DNA from: Ilumatobacteraceae bacterium
GTDB taxonomy: Bacteria > Actinomycetota > Acidimicrobiia > Acidimicrobiales > Ilumatobacteraceae
Length of the DNA: 38,026 nucleotides
Direction of reading: 5' to 3'
Assembly: GCA_030727685.1 (NCBI GenBank)
Contig: JANRBC010000029.1
Location: 1-38,026 of the forward strand
The position numbers and the translations under genes are program-made. Shown in pieces: positions 1-8,603 of this stretch. The notes beneath the pieces were generated by a model. It saw nothing but the letters and a program-made list of their open reading frames with translations, was not told the origin of the DNA and did not search any database. Numbering within the stretch: position 1 is the stretch's first letter; each line of letters opens with the position of its first letter.

Positions 1-227
1 TTTTTGATCGTTTTAAAAAATGCGCAGTAGATGTTTTGGCTGTAGACGCCGCCAAGATCACCATGGAGGCCAGTTTCAAAGATGACCTCGGCTCAGACAG
101 CCTTGACTTGGTCGAATTCGTCATGGCACTTGAAGAAGAGTTCGGCATTACCGTGCCCGAGAGCGACCTCGAAGGTGTCGACACTGTCGGCAAGGCCTTC
201 AACCTCGTTTCTGCAAAAGTTTCTTAA
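1..227 (+). CDS. acpP: Acyl carrier protein, 5'-truncated by the window edge
   Basis: The frame of the 36..227 ORF stays open back to base 3 (FDRFKKCAVDVL...). It has the phosphopantetheine-attachment motif DDLGSDSLDLVE and the TAA stop at 225-227. fabF follows 22 nt downstream. Confidence 0.9.
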   Translation, partial: FDRFKKCAVDVLAVDAAKITMEASFKDDLGSDSLDLVEFVMALEEEFGITVPESDLEGVDTVGKAFNLVSAKVS

Positions 228-249
228 GTTTTAACCTGCGCTTACTTAC

Positions 250-1437
250 ATGCAGGGTGCAGGTCATCGAGTTGCAATCACCGGATACGGGGTCGTTGCC
301 CCCTGCGGTGTAGGCAAGCAAAACTTTTGGCAAGGTCTTTTAGGACCAGGTGTTTCTGGTAGCCATTCAGTTGAAATAGAAAATTGGGATCCGTCGCCAT
401 ATTTCGCTGGCCCCAAAGAGGCTCGTCGCGCCGATCGTTGCGAACAATATGCGTTGGCTGCCGCCTCAGAAGCGATTACACAATCTGGACCACTGCCCTA
501 TGACGCACCTCGTATCGGCACGATTTTTGGCACGGGTATTGGTGGTCTTCGAACCCTAGAAGAACAAGTCATTGTTCGCACCGAAAAAGGAGAACGCCGA
601 GTCTCGCCGTTTTTGGTCCCGATGATGATGTCAAATGCTTCGGGTGCAGCCATTTCAATGAGATACGGATATCAAGGACCAGCTGAAACAATCTGCACGG
701 CGTGTGCAGCGGCGACTCATGCTCTGGGCTACGCCGCTCGACTTGTTGCTTGGGGTCGTTGTGACGCAGTGATTTCTGGTGGTGCCGAATCTGCTGCCAC
801 GATCACTGCTGTTGCTGGCTTTGCAAACATGACTGCTCTTTCAACAACGAAAGTTAGTAAGCCGTTTGATGCAACTCGAGATGGTTTCATCTTCGGTGAA
901 GGCGCTGCAGTGTTTGTTCTTGAACGTCTTGATCTTGCCCTCGCTCGAAATGCAAAGATTTACGGAGAAATCTTGGGCGCTGGTAGCAATGCCGACGCAC
1001 ACCACATCACCGCTCCGTCGCCTGGCGGAGTTGGTGCGATCGCCTGCATGAGGCTCGCACTTGACGACGCGGGGCTCTCGCCGAGCGACATCAAACAGGT
1101 GAATGCACACGGCACATCAACACCTTTAAACGATGCCGCCGAAGCAAGCGCAGTCGCTGAAGTTTTTGGGGCAAGCAAACCTCCGATGACTTCGATTAAG
1201 GGTGTGACCGGTCACCCACTCGGTGCTGCAGGCGCCCTTGAAGCAGCTGCCGTTCTGCTTTCATTCGAGCACAAACTGATTCCGCCTACGGCAAATACTT
1301 CAGTTGTTGACCCACAGATGTTGAACGTCGATATCGTCACCGGCGCTGCTCGCCCATGGCAACCTGGTCCGACTATTTCAAATAATTTTGGTTTCGGCGG
1401 CCACAACGGCTCGATTATTCTCGCGCCTTACGCCTAA
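250..1437 (+). CDS. fabF: Beta-ketoacyl-ACP synthase II (KAS II)
   Basis: 395 aa. Active-site Cys in ICTACAAATHALG, catalytic His motifs VNAHGTSTPLND and KGVTGHPLGAAG, C-terminal NNFGFGGHNGSIIL. It sits directly after acpP. Confidence 0.93.
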   Translation: MQGAGHRVAITGYGVVAPCGVGKQNFWQGLLGPGVSGSHSVEIENWDPSPYFAGPKEARRADRCEQYALAAASEAITQSGPLPYDAPRIGTIFGTGIGGLRTLEEQVIVRTEKGERRVSPFLVPMMMSNASGAAISMRYGYQGPAETICTACAAATHALGYAARLVAWGRCDAVISGGAESAATITAVAGFANMTALSTTKVSKPFDATRDGFIFGEGAAVFVLERLDLALARNAKIYGEILGAGSNADAHHITAPSPGGVGAIACMRLALDDAGLSPSDIKQVNAHGTSTPLNDAAEASAVAEVFGASKPPMTSIKGVTGHPLGAAGALEAAAVLLSFEHKLIPPTANTSVVDPQMLNVDIVTGAARPWQPGPTISNNFGFGGHNGSIILAPYA

Positions 1438-1454
1438 GCAAGAGTTTTTACATG

Positions 1455-1476
1455 CGTCGATGCTCACGCATCGACG
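1455..1476. terminator. 9-bp hairpin between convergent fabF and fabZ; a possible weak bidirectional terminator
   Basis: CGTCGATGC (1455-1463) pairs with GCATCGACG (1468-1476) across the 4-nt loop TCAC, which contains the fabZ stop codon. There is no clear U-tract on either strand, so function is uncertain. Confidence 0.3.
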
Positions 1477-1892
1477 ATGACAAACAGCAATTCGCATTCG
1501 CAGGCGATTTCGCCGTTAACTTTTGCAACACCGGTACCTTTGCCTGCACGTGCCGACATCCGACCGAGACTTACTGACATTTCGAGCTCGTCACCAGGCA
1601 CAACTTGACGACGAAAACGTGCTGCGTCAAGACCGCCAAACAACGGCAACTTACCTTTGAATTTCTCTTCGCTTAAAATCGCGCACGCACCAACTTGTGC
1701 GATCGCCTCGCACATCAACACACCAGGCAGAGTCGGTCGACCCGGAAAGTGCCCAGCAAAAAAATTTTCATCGCCGGTCAAACGCCATAAACCAATTGCG
1801 CTTTGCCCGGGTATCAGCTCAATCAATTCGTCAACAAACAAAAACGGTGCGCGGTGAGGTATCAACTCGCTGGGTGTTGGCAATGAACTCAC
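1464..1892 (-). CDS. fabZ: 3-hydroxyacyl-ACP dehydratase
   Basis: 142 aa with the hot-dog fold signature IPHRAPFLFVDELIEL...NFFAGHFPGRPTLPGVLMCEAIAQVG. GTG start at 1892. Confidence 0.9.
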   Translation of the reverse strand: MSSLPTPSELIPHRAPFLFVDELIELIPGQSAIGLWRLTGDENFFAGHFPGRPTLPGVLMCEAIAQVGACAILSEEKFKGKLPLFGGLDAARFRRQVVPGDELEMSVSLGRMSARAGKGTGVAKVNGEIACECELLFVIVDA

Positions 1893-2017
1893 TTCTCGAG
1901 TGCCTCAAGCAAAAATGCAGGAGTGTCTTTCAGTGAGATTTTGTACCAGCCGTGCATAATCTCGCTGTTCTGATCGAGCAGCGCAATCGCTGGCGCTTTA
2001 TCTCCGACTTTCAACAT
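1889..2017 (-). pseudogene. 42-codon micro-ORF whose N-terminus resembles a peroxiredoxin (Bcp/AhpC-TSA) N-terminus; likely a gene remnant
   Basis: Hand translation gives MLKVGDKAPAIALLDQNSEIMHGWYKISLKDTPAFLLEALEK. The first ~20 aa match the Bcp-type pattern (L-x-G-D-K-A-P-x-F/I-x-L-x-D-x-x-G/S-E), but there is no catalytic Cys. The ATG lies 9 nt after the trpA stop, and its TGA overlaps the fabZ GTG (GTGA). Confidence 0.3.
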
Positions 2018-2026
2018 GGCAATAAT

Positions 2027-2863
2027 TTAGCGGTTAGACACAATCGGACTGTCAATAGCTGCACGAACTTGCGCTACATACGTTGCGACCGAATCAGGGC
2101 CATCTTCAAGCAATCGACGCACAACCGAAGCACCTTGAATAACGCCATCAGCAACGGCGCATGCTTGCATGGCTTGCTCAGCATTTGAAATACCAACACC
2201 CACCAATACTGGTATGTCGGTAATTTTTTTTAGTCGGGTTGCCATCGCCACAGCAGTGGTCGCCAGTTCAGCACGTTCGCCAGTCACACCGAGCAAGCCA
2301 ACCGCGTATACAAAACCACGTGCTCGATCGATGACTCGTGGCAGTCTTTCGTCGGGCGCAGTTGGGGCCGCCAACATAACAGTTTCAATTTGCGACTTGT
2401 CGGCGGCACTCGCCCACTGCACCGACTCTTCTAAAGGAAGATCAGGAACAATGGCACCAACAACACCAGAGTCACGCAGCGTGCTCGCAAATCGATCATG
2501 ACCTGCTCTAAACACGGTGTTGTAATAACACATAACAATCAGCGGCACTGCGACATCAATCGTTCGTAGCTCATGCAAAATCGAATTAGGAGTTGCGCCA
2601 TCGCGAAGCGCTTTCTCGGATGCCATCTGAATGATCGGTCCATCCATCACCGGATCAGAAAATGGAATTCCGATTTCAATTGCGTCGGCACCATTGGCCG
2701 CTGCACCGCGAACGGCTTCAACCCAACCCGTTAGACCGCCCGTAATGTAGGGCACAAGAATCTTTCGACCCTCGTCGCGTATTTTTCGCAATCGTGTTTC
2801 GAGCGCACCGGGAGTATGTGTCGCAAGTTTCATCAGTGATTTCGCGTCAATCCAACTTGTCAC
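2027..2863 (-). CDS. trpA: Tryptophan synthase alpha chain
   Basis: 278 aa with ILVPYITGG and [16 protein letters not shown] motifs. The GTG at 2863 overlaps the trpB end. The alternative ATG at 2833 (MKLATHTPG...) is equally plausible. Confidence 0.9.
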   Translation of the reverse strand: MTSWIDAKSLMKLATHTPGALETRLRKIRDEGRKILVPYITGGLTGWVEAVRGAAANGADAIEIGIPFSDPVMDGPIIQMASEKALRDGATPNSILHELRTIDVAVPLIVMCYYNTVFRAGHDRFASTLRDSGVVGAIVPDLPLEESVQWASAADKSQIETVMLAAPTAPDERLPRVIDRARGFVYAVGLLGVTGERAELATTAVAMATRLKKITDIPVLVGVGISNAEQAMQACAVADGVIQGASVVRRLLEDGPDSVATYVAQVRAAIDSPIVSNR

Positions 2864-4037
2864 CGAGAATAGTCATCATCTGTGCAACGTCTTTGTCACC
2901 ACGACCCGACAGATTCATGAGCACTGTTTGTCCCTGAATTTTGGGCGCCTCTTTAGCAATCCATGCAACAGCGTGCGCACATTCAAGAGCAGGAATGATG
3001 CCCTCGGTACGAGCGAGCAATTTAAAACCCTCAATAACTTCTTGGTCGTTGACGCTCGGATATTCGGCGCGACCGACCGAAGCAAGATAAGAATGTTCGG
3101 GCCCAACACCGGGATAATCAAGTCCGGCACTAATTGAATGGGCTTCTTGCACTTGACCATATTCGTCTTGCATCAAATAGCTCTTCATTCCATGCACTAC
3201 ACCGGGTGTGCCTCTACCAACTGCTGCTCCTCCTGCTGGTTCGACACCAACTAATCGAGTTTTGGCGTCGATGAAACCTGAAAAGATGCCCATCGCATTT
3301 GAACCCCCACCAACGCAGGCGACAACAACATTCGGGTCGGCACCATCACACATTGTTCGAAACTGCTTACGAGCCTCTTTGCCGATCACGCTTTGAAACT
3401 GGCGAACCATGAATGGATACGGATGTGGCCCCATCACCGATCCGATGCAGTAGTAACTTGTCTCGACACTCGCGACCCAATCGCGCATCGCCTCATTGAC
3501 CGCATCTTTGAGAGTGCGGCTTCCCGAGTTTGCGGCTTCAACGGTTGCACCCAGAAGTTTCATACGAAACACATTCAGTGATTGACGCTCGACATCAACC
3601 GCTCCCATATAAACCTTGCACTCAAGACCAAGCAGCGCGGCTGCTGTCGCTGACGCAACACCATGTTGACCAGCGCCAGTCTCGGCGATTATTCGTTTCT
3701 TTCCCATTCGCTTTGCAAGAAGCGCTTGACCGAGCACACTGTTAATTTTGTGCGAGCCCGTGTGATTTAAATCTTCGCGCTTAAGAATTAGTCGAATGCC
3801 AAGTTGCGCACCGAGATTATGGCACTCGGTAAGAATCGATGGTCGACCCGCGTATTCGCGAAGTAAATCATCAAGCTCAGTTCTAAATAGTGAGTCGTTC
3901 CATGCATCATCGAATGCGCGCTCTAACTCTTCACACGCCGGCACGAGAGTCTCGGGCACATACCGACCACCGAAGTCACCGAAACGACCGTCAGCACCAG
4001 GTGTCAACAATTCAGTCGGCACGGGTTTAGCGTTCAT
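2847..4037 (-). CDS. trpB: Tryptophan synthase beta chain
   Basis: 396 aa. PLP-lysine motif [11 protein letters not shown], plus GGGSNAMG and the [15 protein letters not shown] motifs. Confidence 0.95.
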   Translation of the reverse strand: MNAKPVPTELLTPGADGRFGDFGGRYVPETLVPACEELERAFDDAWNDSLFRTELDDLLREYAGRPSILTECHNLGAQLGIRLILKREDLNHTGSHKINSVLGQALLAKRMGKKRIIAETGAGQHGVASATAAALLGLECKVYMGAVDVERQSLNVFRMKLLGATVEAANSGSRTLKDAVNEAMRDWVASVETSYYCIGSVMGPHPYPFMVRQFQSVIGKEARKQFRTMCDGADPNVVVACVGGGSNAMGIFSGFIDAKTRLVGVEPAGGAAVGRGTPGVVHGMKSYLMQDEYGQVQEAHSISAGLDYPGVGPEHSYLASVGRAEYPSVNDQEVIEGFKLLARTEGIIPALECAHAVAWIAKEAPKIQGQTVLMNLSGRGDKDVAQMMTILGDKLD

Positions 4038-4064
4038 GCAGACTAAATGTACTCCGAACTACAT

Positions 4065-4739
4065 CTATTGGTTATCCCAATTAAAAGGGCGATTATCGCC
4101 GTGTCTGGGTTCGCTCTCAGCGATCTGATCTAGATCTTCGAATGCAGCCCGTGCGTTTTCGATAAATTTCTTCAATTTGATCGGATCTTTGTAACCGTGA
4201 CTTTTCTCGACACCCGAAGAAACATCAACTCCCCAAGGTGCAACTTGAGCGATTGCCGTGCCTACATTTTCGTCGGTTAACCCACCAGCAAGTAAAACTC
4301 TTACGGTGCTCGGCATCTGATCGATCAGCTCAAGATCGTAAGTTATGCCAGATCCAGGTGCAGGCGAGTCAACCAAAATCAGATTAGTTAGGTAGTCATC
4401 GGCTTTTTGTGCCTCAATTGAGCCCGCCACTACTGCTTTGATTACCCAATTTATTTCGACCATTACTTCGGCAACATTCGCTGGCGACTCATGTCCGTGA
4501 AGTTGCGCACCGAACACCCCAGACTCTCGTACCGTGTCGATAACTCTTTGCGGATGCTCGTCACGAAACACGCCAACCGTCAAAACGCTTTGCGGCAATC
4601 GCCGGACTATTTCTTTAACGCGTTGCGGTGCGACTTGTCGAGGCGAGGGAGCAAAAACAAAGCCAAGCGCATCTGCACCTAATGCGACCGCCAATAATGC
4701 ATCTTGTTCGTTAGTGATGCCGCAAATTTTTATAAACAT
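4065..4739 (-). CDS. trpF: Phosphoribosylanthranilate isomerase, stand-alone, with a ~25-aa C-terminal extension
   Basis: 224 aa with MFIKICGIT, GADALGFVF and GGLTDENV motifs. Its ATG overlaps the trpC TGA by 1 nt (TGATG). Confidence 0.88.
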   Translation of the reverse strand: MFIKICGITNEQDALLAVALGADALGFVFAPSPRQVAPQRVKEIVRRLPQSVLTVGVFRDEHPQRVIDTVRESGVFGAQLHGHESPANVAEVMVEINWVIKAVVAGSIEAQKADDYLTNLILVDSPAPGSGITYDLELIDQMPSTVRVLLAGGLTDENVGTAIAQVAPWGVDVSSGVEKSHGYKDPIKLKKFIENARAAFEDLDQIAESEPRHGDNRPFNWDNQ

Positions 4740-5512
4740 CAGACTCTCAATTCGTTGAGTGTCTTTGCAATATTGCTCGAAGTCACAAGTGACTCACCCA
4801 CCAATACTGCGTGGTAACCAGCATCCCGAAGTTGTTGTGCATCTGTTCGTGTTCTTACGCCAGATTCGGCAACACGCACAACACTGCTCGGAATTTTTTT
4901 AGCAAGACCAACTGCACGTTGCTGATCTACTTCGAAGGTTTTAAGATTTCGCTGATTCACGCCAATCATCTTTGCGCCAACTTCAAGCGCTAGATCAAGC
5001 TCAGGCTCATCGTGAATCTCTACTAATACATCTAGACCAAGTTCTGATGCAAAATTGTGAAACTTGACGAGTTCGGCTTTTTTCAGGGCTGCAACGATCA
5101 ACAAAATACAGTCGGCATTCATCAATTTTGCATCGCAAATATCGTTAAGTGAAACGGTGAAGTCTTTGCGCAACACCGGCAGTTCAACCGCCTCACGGGC
5201 GATTCGTAAGTCTTCAATAGAGCCGCCAAAAAATTCTGAATCAGTCAATACCGAGATGCAACTTGCACCAGCCTCTTTGTACTGCTGAGCAATGACTTTT
5301 GGTTCTAGGTCGTGACTCAGCAATCCTCGCGAGGGTGAACGCCGTTTGATTTCGGCAATCACCGCCAACGATTTTTTTGAATCTTCAACTAAGCGGTTTG
5401 CGAAACCCCGACCTTGAGAAATTTTCCCAGCCGCATTTGCTAATTCTGACAACGACCGCGTATCACGCGATGCGACTTCGCGATGCTGAGCAAGAATCTC
5501 GTCGAGATACAA
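4739..5512 (-). CDS. trpC: Indole-3-glycerol phosphate synthase
   Basis: 257 aa with VIAEIKRRSPSRG, ISVLTDSEFFGGS and LLIVAAL motifs. Confidence 0.92.
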   Translation of the reverse strand: MYLDEILAQHREVASRDTRSLSELANAAGKISQGRGFANRLVEDSKKSLAVIAEIKRRSPSRGLLSHDLEPKVIAQQYKEAGASCISVLTDSEFFGGSIEDLRIAREAVELPVLRKDFTVSLNDICDAKLMNADCILLIVAALKKAELVKFHNFASELGLDVLVEIHDEPELDLALEVGAKMIGVNQRNLKTFEVDQQRAVGLAKKIPSSVVRVAESGVRTRTDAQQLRDAGYHAVLVGESLVTSSNIAKTLNELRV

Positions 5513-5515
5513 AAA

Positions 5516-5821
5516 TTAAAGTCCCTTGCCACCCATCGGCGTCAAGAATGAAAACTCGGGAGCACTTGCGGCGAACGGCGCAAGGGTTTTGGACCAAGAC
5601 TTAAAGGGTTCTGAGCCCATGTGCGCATTGGCTGCATCTTGATCGGCATAAAGCTCATAGAACCAAACCGTGTTTGGCTCGACAGCATCGTGATGAAAAA
5701 CGTAGAAGCGCGTACCTTCCTCGCTTTTTGCAGTTTCTATGCCCGGCTTGACAGCCTCGGTCATCGCGTCGCGTTGGCCGTCTAATACTTTCAATTTCAC
5801 TACTACTGCGACTTGCGACAT
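5516..5821 (-). CDS. ABM-domain protein (antibiotic-biosynthesis-monooxygenase / YgiN-like fold)
   Basis: 101 aa with a ferredoxin-like dimeric alpha+beta pattern (VVKLKV...FYELYADQDAANAHMGSEPF). A strong GAGGAG Shine-Dalgarno lies 7 nt upstream of the ATG. The stop lies 3 nt before the trpC start. Confidence 0.75.
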   Translation of the reverse strand: MSQVAVVVKLKVLDGQRDAMTEAVKPGIETAKSEEGTRFYVFHHDAVEPNTVWFYELYADQDAANAHMGSEPFKSWSKTLAPFAASAPEFSFLTPMGGKGL

Positions 5822-5871
5822 TTGAACTCCTCAGTTATGGGCCTGCTTTTACAAGCCAGATTTATATTTTC

Positions 5872-7179
5872 TTAGTAGCCGAGCCTATGCGAAAGCTCAG
5901 GCAACAACGAGTCGATCTTCACACGATTTTGAGCGGTCGAATCACGTTCGCGAATAGTCACCGAGTTATCTTCTAGCGAATCAAAGTCGACTGTCACGCA
6001 GAAGGGGGTGCCGATTTCGTCTTGACGACGATAGCGACGACCTATCGCTTGAGTCTCGTCAAAGTCACACATATAACGCGCACCAAGCATCGAGTGAATT
6101 TGCTTGGCTAGTGGCATCAGAGTCTCTTTTTTAGAAAGAGGCAACACTGCAATCTGAAATGGTGCCAAACGTGGATGCAAGCGCAACACCGTGCGCGGCT
6201 CATCATTGACAATGTCTTCGTCATATGCGGCAAGCAAAAAAGCTGCCATGGTGCGATTAGCACCTGCTGCTGGCTCAACGACGTAAGGCACGTATCTCTC
6301 GTTTGTCGCCTGATCGAAATATTCGAGCTTCTGCCTTGAGTGCTCTGCGTGCTGCTTCAAGTCGTAGTCAGTTCGTTGTGCAATGCCCTCGAGTTCGCCC
6401 CAGCCCCACGGAAACAAAAACTCAATATCACTTGTACCTGCTGAATAGTGCGAGAGTTCGTCTTTAGCATGCTCACGAATTCGCAACATTTCAGCCGGTA
6501 TGCCGTAGTCGATGTACCACTGCAACCGAGACTTGCACCAGTAGTCGTACCACTCAGCACTCTCACTTGGCGGCACAAAAAACTCGAGTTCCATTTGCTC
6601 GAACTCTCTGGTTCGAAAAATAAAATTGCCAGGTGTAATTTCGTTTCTAAAACTCTTGCCCACCTGTGCGATACCAAAAGGTGGTTTTTTGCGGCTGGTT
6701 TGCAATACATTTGCAAAATTTACGAACATTCCTTGGGCGGTCTCTGGGCGAAGGTAAACAGTCGCACCTTCGCCTTCAACAGGACCCGCGTGAGTCTTGA
6801 ACATCAAGTTAAAGGCGCGCGCGTCGGTGAACTCGCATCCCTTTTTCGACTGCGGGCAATCTCGGTCTTCAATCTGGTCTTGACGAAAGCGCCGCTTGCA
6901 AACGGTGCAGTCCACGAGTGGGTCGCTGAAGTTACTGAGATGTCCACTGGCTTCAAACACCTGTGGCGCACCCAAAATTGCCGCATCAATCAGCACAACA
7001 TCGTCGCGTTGTTGCACCATCGTTCGCACCCATGCCTCTTTGACATTGCGCAACATCAGCGAGCCCAATGGGCCGTAGTCATAGGACGATCTAAAACCGC
7101 CATAAATCTCACCACTCGGATAAACGAAACCCCGCCGCTTGCAAAGGTTGACGACTTGGTCTAAATCTTTCGCTGGCAC
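5872..7179 (-). CDS. glyQS: Glycine--tRNA ligase (homodimeric class II GlyRS)
   Basis: 435 aa with CKRRGFVYPSGEIYGG, YLRPETAQGMF and the C-terminal anticodon-binding domain. GTG start. Confidence 0.93.
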   Translation of the reverse strand: MPAKDLDQVVNLCKRRGFVYPSGEIYGGFRSSYDYGPLGSLMLRNVKEAWVRTMVQQRDDVVLIDAAILGAPQVFEASGHLSNFSDPLVDCTVCKRRFRQDQIEDRDCPQSKKGCEFTDARAFNLMFKTHAGPVEGEGATVYLRPETAQGMFVNFANVLQTSRKKPPFGIAQVGKSFRNEITPGNFIFRTREFEQMELEFFVPPSESAEWYDYWCKSRLQWYIDYGIPAEMLRIREHAKDELSHYSAGTSDIEFLFPWGWGELEGIAQRTDYDLKQHAEHSRQKLEYFDQATNERYVPYVVEPAAGANRTMAAFLLAAYDEDIVNDEPRTVLRLHPRLAPFQIAVLPLSKKETLMPLAKQIHSMLGARYMCDFDETQAIGRRYRRQDEIGTPFCVTVDFDSLEDNSVTIRERDSTAQNRVKIDSLLPELSHRLGY

Positions 7180-7228
7180 TTCTTCAGACTATTACAGATC
7201 TGTGCTGATTTCTGTTCAGGTTTTTCGT

Positions 7229-7954
7229 TCAGCGCTCAGGGCGCTCAAAAACTGCGACCGACTTGAGACGACGCTCAAGGTGATGCTCCATGCATTTTGT
7301 TGCAAGATCTGAGACCTCTCTGGTTGCCGCACTTTCTGGCAAAGAAAGAGCCAAGTTCAGTTGCCCGCCAACGATGTTCTGAATGATCTTGATCGCAGCA
7401 CTCGAAATAGACGCGCCACTACGACAATTTTGGCATTGGCCACCACCGCGAAAGATGTCGAAGGCAACAATTTGATCGCCAGGCGCCCCGCAGCCCACAC
7501 ACTTCTCGACATGGGCACCTACACCTTCAACAACTAGCAACTTAAAATAAAATGCTGCGAGCACCAGAGTCGAATCATTTTCTGAGAGCCACTGCAATGC
7601 ACCCACCAGCATTTTGTAAAGATGCTGTGTCGGCTCGGCCTCCATACCGAGTTGGTCAACTGCTTCAAGCATTGCCAGCCCCCGTGTGAGCCTGTCTAAA
7701 TCGGTATACAGACCACGCGCGCTCGTAACAAGTTCGACTTGGCTAACTGTGTCGAGATCTTTGCCTTTGCTCAATAAAACATCGATGTGACTGAGCGGCT
7801 CTAGGCGCGCGCCAAAACGTGACGACATTTTGCGCACACCGTTTGCGACAGCACGAACCTTGCCGTGCTCTTCAGTCATCATCACGATGATGCGATCAGC
7901 CTCTCGTAAGTCGTAAGTGCGCAAGACAATCGCCTTGTCGCGATACAAACTCAT
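7229..7954 (-). CDS. recO: DNA repair protein RecO
   Basis: 241 aa. N-terminal OB fold (AIVLRTYDLREADRIIVMMTEEHGKVRAV) and a zinc-finger-like CVGCG...CQNC. The ATG overlaps the upstream stop (ATGA). Confidence 0.9.
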   Translation of the reverse strand: MSLYRDKAIVLRTYDLREADRIIVMMTEEHGKVRAVANGVRKMSSRFGARLEPLSHIDVLLSKGKDLDTVSQVELVTSARGLYTDLDRLTRGLAMLEAVDQLGMEAEPTQHLYKMLVGALQWLSENDSTLVLAAFYFKLLVVEGVGAHVEKCVGCGAPGDQIVAFDIFRGGGQCQNCRSGASISSAAIKIIQNIVGGQLNLALSLPESAATREVSDLATKCMEHHLERRLKSVAVFERPER

Positions 7955-8541
7955 GAATCAACTCCTCCGAAGCGACGATCGCGACGTTGAAAGTCATCAA
8001 TTGCCATTTGAATATGTTCAACATCACACCTAAGCCATGGAACATTCAAAAAAACAAGTTCGCTATATGCAAGTTCCCACATCAGCGATTCGGGAACCTG
8101 TGTTGGTGAACCCAAAATTAAAACTAAATCAGGTTCGCCCGAGGCAGGCGCAAGCAAGGTTGCGGCAAGTTTGTCTTCATCTATTTCTTGACTACCCAAT
8201 TGAGCCACCGCGTTGACAAATCGTTCTTGTCCGTCAGCACAAGTATCAACCACGACCATCAAACCTTGTTCGCCGATCACCGAAACACGATCTCCCGAGC
8301 GCTGACCTCCAAAAACAGAGATAATCGAATTACAAATCACCGAACGCTCGGTCGCGTTTGCGTGCCCCGAGTATGGATAAATCGATAGCCATCGAACACC
8401 GACGCCACCGACCGACTTAACGAGTGCATCAATTTGAAGCTTCCACTCATTTGGGGTTGTTTCGAGCCATTCAGCGATGGTGCCCGCACACACTAAGACA
8501 TGAGCCAAATCACCAGTTGTGTCGCGAGAGGTCTTAACCAC
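7951..8541 (-). CDS. Degenerate UPP-synthase-like (cis-prenyltransferase fold) protein. Catalytic motifs are lost and the C-terminal RXG tail is retained.
   Basis: 196 aa. It aligns by eye to the neighbouring UppS. HVLVCAGTIAEW replaces HVACIMDGNGRW, RWLSIYPYSG replaces AYLTVFGFST, and PDLVLILGSPTQVPESLMWELAYSELVF replaces [28 protein letters not shown]. It ends AIDDFQRRDRRFGGVDS. GTG start with GAGAGA upstream. Translationally coupled to recO. Confidence 0.7.
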   Translation of the reverse strand: MVKTSRDTTGDLAHVLVCAGTIAEWLETTPNEWKLQIDALVKSVGGVGVRWLSIYPYSGHANATERSVICNSIISVFGGQRSGDRVSVIGEQGLMVVVDTCADGQERFVNAVAQLGSQEIDEDKLAATLLAPASGEPDLVLILGSPTQVPESLMWELAYSELVFLNVPWLRCDVEHIQMAIDDFQRRDRRFGGVDS

Positions 8542-8590
8542 TGTGACATTCTCTCACTTTCAAACGACCCGACTCGATAACCAGAGTTGT

Positions 8591-8596
8591 TAGCGT
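8591..8596 (+). promoter_or_regulatory. Candidate -10 element (TAGCGT, TANNNT type) placing the TSS at the uppS ATG, implying a leaderless mRNA
   Basis: TAGCGT lies 7 nt upstream of the ATG at 8604, and no Shine-Dalgarno is present. The pattern is typical of actinobacterial leaderless transcripts. This is sequence inspection only. Confidence 0.25.
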
Positions 8597-8603
8597 TCAA
8601 TTA

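Noticed and set aside
2224-2231. Homopolymer runs of 8 nt inside coding genes (T8 at 2224..2231 in trpA, and a T8 around 37424..37431 in the acetoacetyl-CoA synthetase gene) as potential slippage or phase-variation sites.
   Set aside because: Both reading frames are intact across the runs. The genes are core metabolic genes that are not expected to phase-vary, and runs of this length are expected occasionally in 38 kb.
6448-7164. A 238-aa ORF antisense to glyQS. Similar long antisense ORFs occur at 19448..20068 inside the acyl-CoA dehydrogenase, at 27296..27850 inside the MFS gene and at 33034..33507 inside the GGDEF-EAL gene.
   Set aside because: The glyQS and ACAD antisense ORFs are in codon phase with the sense gene (the same coordinate modulo 3). 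Stops can therefore arise only from the rare sense codons TTA, CTA and TCA. The translations are low-complexity and Arg/Ser/Cys-rich with no recognisable motifs, while the sense genes have strong family signatures.
7200-7260. A short direct repeat GAGCGC..GAGCGC and an AGCGCT palindrome at the recO stop.
   Set aside because: It is only 6 nt long, lies within or adjacent to coding sequence, and has no stem or U-tract, so it is compatible with chance.
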